Assembly (NCBI GenBank): GCA_025201805.1
Contig: MU619280.1
Coordinates: 34,927-98,926 of the forward strand
Direction: 5' to 3'
Length of the DNA stretch: 64,000 bases
Source of the DNA: Parasitella parasitica NRRL 2501
Taxonomy: Eukaryota > Fungi > Mucoromycota
Part shown: in pieces, positions 54,152 through 64,000 of the stretch
Layout: the number at the start of each line of letters is the position of its first letter
Numbering within the stretch: position 1 is the stretch's first letter
The notes under the pieces: model-generated
What the model was told of the DNA's origin: nothing
Seen by the model: the letters and a program-made list of their open reading frames with translations, nothing else
Database searches by the model: none
Program-made: the position numbers and the translations under genes

Positions 54152-54796
54152 TTCAGAAAATGTATGTAGAATGAGGGAAAGAACTAAACTAAAGGTGTCC
54201 TGACATGTCGCGCTATTTAAGGGCTTCCTTAAAAATTTTTACAACAAAAAATTTCTGGACTGTTTGATCTTTCGCTATTGTCTACACACTCGGTGTGGCT
54301 TTTCCTAATTTCCCAATGGTTGTATTTCAGATATTGGGTGTGTACCCTGAAAAAGCCATGTTATTATTTTAGGGCAGGTGGGTTACCCAACCCTACATTT
54401 TTTCGTGATCTACTTTCGACAGAAAGTAATATGACAACTTTAAAATCCAGAGGCACAAGAAGGGGGGGGGAGGGGCGACATAAAGCATGATTTTTTTCCA
54501 ATTAAAGCATCGTTTCATCAACATGTTGACTATGGTATTGGTCTACGTTTACCGATAGACAAACGATTATTTCATTCTTGCGAAAGGAACCTCATGATGA
54601 CTATAAGATACGTTACATATAAGAGTCACTGTTTTGACAATTGATATGTTACATTACAGAACACACTGATCCATAAAAATCAAGCAAATACATGAACGAT
54701 TTCCCCTTTTCTTTCTTTCCTTCTACTTTTCATCCCTCTCATCTTTCATTTGACTTTTATATACCTTTTCACTTAACACATACCAGCCTTTAAAAA

Positions 54797-56706
54797 ATGA
54801 CAAAATTAGCTTTGTTTTTTTATGGCATCTTAATCTGCATCACAATGTTTGTTTGGCATTGGTTGATGAGACCTTCAAAAGATTACTTTCTGCTTGGAGA
54901 TTGGACAAACAGCCAGCTGGCGCAGGCGCAGGTGCCTCTATCTTCGTGGTCTGTCTGGACAAGCAGACACCCCGAGATTTACAAAGAAACACCTATCTAC
55001 AAGAGAAAGCAGCATGGATATTTCCTTCATATTACAGACATGCATGTAAGTATTGTATCAGGGGGTTTCATAAGGAATTGTGTAAATAAAAAGGAGGGGC
55101 TTTTGTGTGTAGTGTTATACAAACTAACATGCGCGCTAGGTTGATCCAGATTATGTCCAAGGAGCAACAGTGAAATCAGCTTGCCACCAATTACCTGATC
55201 TGTATGCCGAGAAAAAAAAGAAGCCAGAGGAGCCCGCCATTTTATCAGGAAAGTACGGTACGCCAGGACAAAGATGCGACGCTCCCGTTTTATTAGCGCA
55301 AGAGACGCTGGATTGGATATCGAGAGAATGGAAAGACAAGCTTGATTTCATTGTATGGACAGGAGATAATGCCAAGTAAGAAGCTGCTGTGACATAGAAA
55401 AATGAGTAAATATGAAACTAATTGCCTGCTCTTCAGACATGACTGGGACAAGAAACGCCGCAGAAAGAGAAGACATGTGTATGAGCTTAATCAGCGTGTT
55501 ACAGACATGATGCTCGAGACGTTTTGGGTCAATGATAAAATACCAATTATACCGAGCTTTGGCAATAATGACGTTTTCCCCCACAATCAAATCGGAGGTC
55601 CCGAAATTGACGGTGATCTGCTCATGTTTTACGAACGCATGTGGAGACCCTGGATGCCGACGCACCAAAGATCCATGTTTCGCCAAGGAGGATACTATGT
55701 TGTACAAGTTGCTCCACGTTTGAGCGTTTTGACTTTAAATTCAATGTATTTTTACAAAAAAAACAAGGCAGTTCACAACTGCGAGCATCTTGATAGCCCA
55801 GCGGCTATTCAGCTTGTCTGGTTTGAGGACCAATTGAAGAGAGCACGCCGAGAAAACGAAAAGATCTACGTGATCGGTCATGTCCCCCCTTCGCCTCGTG
55901 ATTACAAGGGCACCTGTCTGGCAGCATATATGCGTATTGCGACAAGCTATACTGATGTCATTATGGGCCAATTTTTTGCTCATTTGAATATGGATCATTT
56001 TCTTATGTTTAATGGAAGACAAGACGAAAAACTAGCCCCAATTGTCCCGGATTTAGCTAATAATTTCAAACATCAGCAACAGCCAATCTCCAGTGTAGAT
56101 CAGCATGACGATGATGATCATGCCGTTTTCCATACAGCAAGAAACGTCGAAGCTTATATGGGTTGGTTGAAGAACATGTACCAAGACATAGAGATTTTAG
56201 ACGACGATAAAAGCAGAGACCCATCCAATATACATCCTCCATTGGCTGTTGTGCAAGTATCTCCATCTGTTTTACCCATTTACCACCCATCATTCAGAAT
56301 CTATCAGTATGAAGTCAACCCTGACGATGATAATGAAGATCAAGGCGGTGATGACGACGAAGACGATGATGAAGATGATGAAGATGATGATGGCGAAGAT
56401 GAGCCCTTGCCTCACGGTACGCTGCTTGGCTATTCTCAATATTTTGCCAACCTTACCAAATGGAACAATCTAAATACCAACAAACCTCTGGAATATGAAC
56501 TGGAATACTCTACTAAAGAAGCTTATGGCATGGACGATTTAACCGTAGAATCTTACTTTGAGTTGGCCAAACTAATGGTAGAAAATAGTGTTGAAGGAAA
56601 CAAGGTTTGGGAGACATACCAAAATCACATGTTGGTCAAGAGTCAAAATTTTACATCTTTTTTCGAAGATGATGATGAGGACGAAGTCATGCTAAACAAT
56701 ACATAA
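54797..56706 (+). CDS. PPN1: Vacuolar endopolyphosphatase (calcineurin-like metallophosphoesterase)
   Basis: N-terminal TM, FLHITDMH.D, WTGDNAKHD, PSFGNND, GHVPP, HLNMDHF, SPSVLP.YHPSFRIYQY, QYFANL. Confidence 0.9.
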
Positions 56707-56896
56707 AACATCATATATTCATACACAACTCTAATTACATTTCTCACAACAATAAACTAATTCATTCTTGACATTGTCGTAAAACTCTACATGCAAAAAG
56801 GATATAGGTGATAATTTATTCAATATTTTATGCCAGCGACACATCCAATATACTGTAAAAGGTTTGCACTTGTACTTGTGTATGTGTATGTATATT

Positions 56897-58186
56897 TTAG
56901 ATATGAGTGCTGGACAGTTTCTCGATCAACTCATCTTCCACTTCTTTCTGTATATTTGACTTTTCTGTGGGCTCTTTTTCCTCGGCTTCTTCGGCTTCCT
57001 GAACAAGTTCTGATTCCTCCTCTTCTGATTCCTCTTCCTCTGATTCCTCTTCGTAATCAATCTCTTCCACGTCGCTGAATTCATCCAAGGCAGTTTCATG
57101 GCCATGACTAGCGAGTGCTTCTCTCAAAACGTCTACAGCTTTATGATCCTCGTCGACACCATTGCCATTTAATTCAAGTTTTTCAAGCAGTTTCAAATGA
57201 TCTTTGATAGCTTCTGCTAAAATCAGAATAGGACCATGATCGAATTCGTTGTATTGGGCGAATATTTCCCTCAGATACTTATTTTTACCAAGTTTAAGAG
57301 CTTCAAATAAACGAATACCACCCTTATTCTTCAACATACAATCAGACACATTCAGAATTTCAAGTTGAGGCCAACAGGGCAAAGCTTTAGCCAAAGCTTT
57401 GGAATCTTTGTAGGTAAATGTGTTGTCTTGGAAATCGAGATGGCGTAACTTCTTACAAGCACGGAGTCCTTCGATGATGGTTCGAATACCGCCCTTACTA
57501 ATGCCATTTTGAGGAACACGAACAACTTCCAAGTTGGTATGAGAAGAAAATGCACGGGCCAGAGCTGCGCAAGAATCGTCTTCGAGTCGATTACGACCAC
57601 AAATAATGGTGCGAAGAGAACTGGCGCGATTTTCTGCCTTTGCTTTATCAGCAGAGGCTTGAAGCGCTTTGGCAATCATCGCACCGCCGCCGAGACCTAA
57701 ACCATTGTTGTTGAGACTTAATATTTGAAGAGTCTTTGTGTTGGATAAGAATTCGATCAATGGTTCAGCACCGGCAGGACCGAAAGCGTTATCAGATAAA
57801 TCTAGCTCCACCAAGTCTACTTGTTCAAAGGCATCGAATAGATGTTTAAGAGCAAAAGGGATCTCGGTTAATAAACGACCTGTGAAGATATCAAACAAAA
57901 CTGCTCGCTATAAAGAGCGCGTTCAGTTCCCTCGTCTTATTATTCCCATGATATATACAATGCCACATACCTTCAAATGTCTTTTTTCCTTCAACACTTG
58001 ACCTAAAGCGCCACAGGCATCAACACTCAAAGAGTTGCCGTTTAATTCAATCTGTAGGAGGTTATCCAATGATTGTAGGGTCTCAGCAAAGTCTTTAACA
58101 CTTTCAGCAGTGTCTAGCCTATGTCCTCTGTTAGCAATGCTAAAAACGGTACCATTTTCTTTTATGAGGTCATCGAGAACAACCAT
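56897..58186 (-). CDS. RNA1: Ran GTPase-activating protein (LRR plus acidic tail), 2 exons
   Basis: DIFTGRL, LDLSDNAFG, LNNNGLG, GRNRLE, PQNGI, LDFQDNTFT, LNGN, Glu-rich tail. Confidence 0.93.
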
Positions 58187-58292
58187 TATATTTATTTGTA
58201 TGTGGTAAGAAGTTAAAGAGAATGGAAGAGAGCAAAATTTTTATTTAACCGTGACACGCGTTCCTTTTTCTATGGCTCGATGGTTGATCTCA

Positions 58293-58582
58293 TCATTTGG
58301 CAAAGTAGTTATTGAGGCGACGCCACCATGGCGTGTTTGCTGAGGAAGGCTGCTGAAGAACAGCAGGCGATTTGATAGTGATTCCAGGGCTCGATCTCTT
58401 CTTTTGATCCAGACTATTCTTTAATGCATTGCTATCCAATGCTTTTGCTTCTGAAGCGTTTGTAAACATTGTAGATTTCTTTTGTGTCATTATCTTGTCA
58501 GAAAAGTACATTGAGGATTTCTTCAGGATGTTCTTGGTCTTTTGTAGCTGTGGCAGTGGTAGTGGTAGTGGCTGCGGTTGTG

Positions 58583-58619
<37 letters not shown>

Positions 58620-59111
58620 CTGCTGATAAGTAGAGGAAGAGTAGCTGTCTGCTAGAGATGAATTTTTACTTGCAGCTCGAGCAGCAGCTACCACAGCAGC
58701 AGCTGATGTACTTGGCCTCTCATGTTCCCTAATCTTGCAACTACTACTGCTTGTACTCGATCTATTTATATCATTTGAATATCGACTTGTGGAGGGAATA
58801 GAAAACACGATTTGTTCATCATCATTGTCCTCATCCTCTTCTTCAAAAGTCGTTTCCGACATGTTGAGATCAGATTGATTCATGACCTGATTTGACTATA
58901 TATAAATCAACATTGCATGCAAATAAAAAAATAAAAAAAAGGTGAGCAAGAGCATAATGACCCTAATGGTTCTATTTACATGTAGATCTTGGTTCATCCT
59001 TTGATCGAATTGGTCTAATAAACTCTTTGAGAATGAGCCTTCATTATGATCCGGTGCCCATGATTGAAACTCTAGAGAGATGAGAGGTAATGGGTGATTC
59101 AGATAGTTCAT
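58293..59111 (-). CDS. Hypothetical low-complexity protein with polyQ/QP tract, 2 exons
   Basis: Exon 1 MNYLNHPLPLISLEFQSWAPD..NRTIR|GT, spliced to the 196-aa ORF ending PWWRRLNNYFAK. Confidence 0.65.
58545..58625. repeat. (CTG)n / GGTAGT-type coding microsatellite (polyQ, poly-PL)
   Basis: Direct sequence. Confidence 0.9.
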
Positions 59112-59370
59112 TGTGTATATACAAAAGTAAAGAGAAAAGAGCAGAAATAACATGTTAAACTAAATGCACTTGTATATTTATAACCATATACAAATTTTAT
59201 CAATGACGATGTTGATGATATGAATACGCATTTAGATATGCAAGGAGGCACTGGCAAGTACACACTTTTTTTTCTTTTTTTCAAATCCCCTGGTTCTCGC
59301 AATTAAACAATGCCAGCAAGCAAAATCAGCATGTAACTATTCATGTATACAATTAATTTATGCGTTTATT

Positions 59371-60257
59371 TTATTGTCGTAAAGCTTTTAATCTCTCAGT
59401 TAATAGGCTATCCTCGTCCTTTTCCTTTTGTTTAGGTTCATTCAGAACCTTGCTTGGTTCTAATTCATTTAAAGCACCATTCAATTCTAATCCGTGCTCA
59501 TCTGCAACTTGGTGCATAAGCGAATCGACCTCATCTTGAGGTGTGTTCATCGTAGTAGTACCAGCCATAGCGCCTTCCATATAACCTGTTTGAACATCAA
59601 GATCTTCAAACTGTGATTCAAATTTATCCATCACCATGGAAATCTACAAATAAATAATGTATTTGGTTGTTTAGCAACAGAACACATTCCAATATGAGAT
59701 AAAACAAGCCTACCTGTTCTAAATTCATCGTCTCCATAGCTCTTCCCATACCTCGAACCACTTGAGCCATTGAGTTTGATACCTTTTATGAGGGCTCTCT
59801 TTTTAATTCTGACATCATGTAGCAAATCTGTTCTCTATATTTACCTTTCTCATGGTGATGGCAGTTTGAACACGACTTGCTACGGCATCAATACGAGAGG
59901 ATAGCTTGAGCAAATTCAAGGCTTCGTTCTTTTTTCTGATAGCATTCGACGCATATATGCGTGCGCCTTCCATATTGCCATCTTGAATAGCTTTTTTTAG
60001 CTTGTTTTTCTCGGTTGTTTCATCTTTCTGGCAACGTTTGGATTGTTTATTTAATTGTTTTGCTGTAAACTATTCAGATTTTCTTCAGTACAACACGTAT
60101 CCATATAATAAAGGGGTGCTTCACTCTATATTATACACAAATATATATAAATATATATATTACCTTTAGCTGAAAAAGTTGGTCTAAACAGAAATAATTA
60201 AATCAGTTACTATTTTTACTTGGAATATATTATATTCATACTTTCTAATCCATTCAT
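59371..60257 (-). CDS. DID2: ESCRT-III-associated Did2/Vps46/CHMP1, with two micro-exons
   Basis: MNGLE|NQLFQLK|[43 protein letters not shown]; [15 protein letters not shown]; C-terminal [13 protein letters not shown]. Confidence 0.95.
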
Positions 60258-60578
60258 TTTAGGCGATAAAAATACACAAATGCGAAAAAGAAAAGGGCGA
60301 AGGAAAAGGTATTCGTTTTTGATTTGAATAGCAGCAGCAACCCAGAATCGTACATACAAGCAATTCTTTATGGTATTGACTCGGTTTTACAAAAATCCAC
60401 ACATCAATTTATGAAACACATTCATATTTACTTGCTTAAATCAATCGATAATGCTTATCCCGAAAAAAACAACAACAACAACAAAAAAAAACGGCTTTTA
60501 TTTACTAGTAAATAATGCAAGAATAAATAATCAGATGAAACATGTTATCCATATCTTATTTCTCCATCCTTTTCTTTT

Positions 60579-63324
60579 ATGATTATTACAAACATGTTTA
60601 GTAGATCCATCGATGACATTTTCAAAAATAAAGCCATGCCTTGTTGGCTGCCTGCGCCTACTTGTATAGATACATTGTCTGATATTGCTTCACTGGATCA
60701 ATTTGATGAAAAATGGAAAAATGCTAGGTTTTTACCCTGGAGGTTCTTTCACATTGACTATGATCTGCTGCAGCAGAAGATGGGACGAAATAATGATATC
60801 GCCATCATTGCTAAAAGTTTACAAGATGAATGGATAAAAGCAAGTATACGAATACCAACATAGATGTGATGTATTAACTCTCGACAACTTATCAGGTACA
60901 CGAGTTTTACATATTGAAAAGAAGCGAAATCGACAGACGCATCATATCATTGCAAAACGACAAAAGATCCACAACATTTGTAAATGGCTTTCAATCACTC
61001 TTGAAAGAGATATTTGAATTATATAGATTTACAAAGTTAAACTACTGTGGTTTTCTGCTCCTGTTCAAGCAATTTGATCGGCTTGTTGAATCTACAGATC
61101 ACACGCTACAACAAGTAGAATTGCGCAGATTACTTATCAACAAGCCCTTCTGGAAACACTCAATAGAGTACCACAGGCTGGCAGTAGAGGCAAGTTACTT
61201 GTACATGACAAGCCCATTAGTTGCTACCAAAAAGCCCCTTTCGCTACTTGAGCAGTACGACATAACAGCCTTTATAAACACACTGCAACAAGATTTCGCC
61301 AGGGCCGAGACTAGTCATGCTTCCCACGTGGCACCGCCTCAACAGCAGGCCAGCATAAATAATGATGCATTCAAGGGCGGCAATGTAGTGTTGTCGTCCT
61401 CGCCGTCTTCAGCTTGTTCTACCCGTTCTTGTGAAACAACTCTATCATCAGAAGCAGCACAGCCGCAACCACGACAGAGATACGACACCTACTGGATTCA
61501 CCCTAACAATGTAGTCGAGTTAATGTTGTATCTATCAGATAAAATGATCGTCTCTAACGACAGTAGCGTTCCTCATCGCCCTGCAGCCGTATATGAAATT
61601 GGATCTCCAGCAGAAGTGAGCTCTACAAAAAGCCAATACAAAGTGACAACAGTGTACATGGATACGCCTCAATTAACGGCCTATAAACAGATATCAAACA
61701 AACAGCAGGATACCACCTCGATGACTCGTATCCGATGGTATGATGGTATTATCGCCAGTGGCAGCTCAGAAGAGATGTCAGCCGTTACAGAGGCAAGCCA
61801 TGTCATGATGGAGCAAAAGATGTATGATAATCGTGCGGAACAATGCTGGATTCAGCAAAAGGTTTGGCTCAAATCAAAACATTTAGAACCGTGGCTGTCT
61901 GGGTCATTTTCTCTTGGCGGGATGCTGTCAAAAGAGTCATGCCAGTATCACAAGGATGGCTATAGCGCAAATGTAGACGATATACATGGAATAAAGGAAT
62001 CGTGCCTTGCTGTTGAGGCTGAGATACATAGAAAGCACATCATACCAGGTACATGAGCACAACACACATACACACACACACACGCATATACGCATATACG
62101 CATACATATACTGATATCATGTATTATTCGACAGTGCTCAAAGTAACGCAGAATCGTCTGGTTTATGCTTCCATGGATCGTTCTATCACAATCTCGATCG
62201 ATTCAGACATTGCCATTATGCGTGCATTGCCAACCAAAGTACCCCAAAGCGATCAATATCCGTACAATGACATGTGTTTGGATGACATTGTGCGTTCTCC
62301 ACAATGTATAGTTCGAATTAACAAAAGCACCGATGATGCAGAAAACAACAACAAATGGCTGATAGATTTAATAAAGTGTGGCATGCTTGCACCTGCCGTT
62401 GGGTTCTCTGCATACTTGCATGGTGTGGAAGCTCTTTTGGGTGCCCAACAGACAGACATACCCCTTCCAAAATGGACTTTTGCTAAAGTTGACGGCTACA
62501 TTGGATACGAGAGCTTGTTGACTCAATATCAACAGAAGCAGCAGCCGCGGCAGCATAGAGTTGGCGTCCAAAGAAATCGTGGTAGTTTGCAAACAACCAG
62601 CGGCAATAGCAGCCGTGGCAGCAGTTGTAGAAGCAACAGCAGCAGAGACATGCATAGTCGCAGTACAGACACCATTGCCACTATTATAACGTGCTATGAC
62701 GATGAGAACGATGAGAACGATGAGAAGCAACCAGCATCGCCATCAGAATCTCCTAGTACTAGTACTACTATTACTACTTTTACTACTACTACTACTACTA
62801 CTATTGAGTCGCCCTTGCTGCATCCTCAAGACGGACAGAAACATCAACGCAGTGGCATGCGAAGGTCATTTGACTCGTATTGCAGTTTCGATCATCCAAC
62901 ATCCTCTAGATCCGATCCTACGAATTGTAAAAGCTGCATAGGAAAAATGTCGCTTGTTGAGCATCAAAGCATTGATATGAGACATCACTTGCCTCCCGAA
63001 ACGACTTGCGAGAAGGAAATCATTACATTTAGCTCATTTATGTTGCAAACTTTTTGGCCCAGAAAATTTAGAAGTTTTGAAAAGGAGCCGTTATTGGCAC
63101 GCCAACCTAAAAGACATCGTTCAACAAGCAGCAGCGCCTATGGCAGCAGCGATGCTAGTTGTGCCGGCAGCAGCCATTGCGATAATAGAACCGCCAGCAA
63201 GATGCTGCAAGCCACGCTACAAGGCGAGCGGTTTTCTCGTGCGAGCATTTTCACAATGACATGCGTTGTCATGTCATTTAGCATGTCATGTATTCTGTAT
63301 ATAACTGTTCTCACAAAGTTGTAA
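60579..63324 (+). CDS. Divergent SPX + VTC (polyphosphate polymerase-like) domain protein with single C-terminal TM
   Basis: PWRFFHIDYDLL and L.RFTKLNYCGF....KQFDR (SPX); YWIHPNNVVELMLYL, TTVYMDT, RIRWY, EQK, FSAYLHG (VTC); long S/T-rich tail and hydrophobic end. Confidence 0.8.
62754..62804. repeat. (ACT)n coding microsatellite (poly-Thr)
   Basis: Direct sequence. Confidence 0.85.
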
Positions 63325-63374
63325 TAAAATGGGCACATTAGATGCGCGCGGGCGTGTGTGTGCGTGTATGGTTT

Positions 63375-64000
63375 TTATTGAGTCTTGTCATTAATAATCC
63401 TCTTTACAAGCCCTTCCAACTCAAATACATGGTCATCTCGCACGCCAGGACTGATTTCTCGAAGTGCCGCTGCCAAATTTAGCAGATATTCTGCATTCCA
63501 GCCTGATGGGCCATAAGAGTCATGAATCTGTTGTGCAATTTTGTCAGCTGGTGCAGGGCCAACATAGGCCTCATTATCAGTAGTTCCAATGTACACCAAT
63601 GCCTAATATAATCATTTTGATATTTTTTAGTCCAAAACAGTCAGGATTCCTTTACGTTGATGGTACTTGTAGTACGATGCAATACATTTTCAACGATGGG
63701 TGTTTCATCATCCTCTAGGCTGAACACATCGACGGTATGCACGGTATAACCATTCTGTGTATAAAGCAAACATGAGCAACTGGTTTTTGCCCTACAATTG
63801 CACTTTGGGCTGCGTTCTTTTACCTTCTCTCTATGATCCAAGTACGCTCTTGTGGCCTCTACGTCATCTGAAGGAATCTTGAATGCGACTCCCCACGTTA
63901 CTTTATCATGTCCCTCTACGCTTTCAATGGTCTTCCACTCATCGTATGGAATCAATGTGACAACCCGGCCTGGTTTTTCAGGAGTCCCTCTGTGGTCTTC
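63375..64000 (-). CDS. GCG1: ChaC-family glutathione-specific gamma-glutamylcyclotransferase (5' end outside window)
   Basis: EDHRGTPEKPGRVVTL, WGVAFKI, YLDHREK|NGY, GPSGWNAEYL, DDHVFELE. Confidence 0.92.

Noticed and set aside
58429-58626. Poly-Cys ORF (metallothionein-like)
   Set aside because: Antisense reading of the polyQ (CAG)n tract
62696-62941. Poly-Leu TM-like ORF
   Set aside because: Alternative frame of the (ACT)n poly-Thr repeat in the SPX-VTC gene

Overview
Eukaryotic, AT-rich, gene-dense fungal DNA with short (~55-70 nt) introns. Gene content and style fit a Mucorales (Mucor-like) genome; this is an inference. About 30 mostly housekeeping genes are present: CCT4, an ENTH/epsin gene, a LIM-C1-RhoGAP, WDR55/JIP5, importin-5, a sphingomyelin-synthase-like gene, PHYHD1, a forkhead TF, an MFS sugar porter, an FAD amino-acid oxidase, a CDF zinc transporter, glycerol kinase, DUF1295, WDR89, RPL22, PPN1, RanGAP, DID2, an SPX-VTC protein and ChaC. 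There is also a LINE 3' remnant and a GNAT pseudogene. The most striking structure is a 1.1-kb TA-flanked element (36108-37221) with ~135-bp terminal inverted repeats. It consists of two different, degenerate Fanzor (eukaryotic TnpB) 3' ends joined back-to-back, each pointing outward; the minus-strand arm is invisible in the ORF track. Other notable items are a tandem pair of 90-aa secreted glycine-zipper proteins, a probably catalytically dead SPX-VTC protein 4 kb from the endopolyphosphatase PPN1, a 55-aa single-TM microprotein and several GC-AG introns. Exon boundaries and family calls were made by eye, without database searches.
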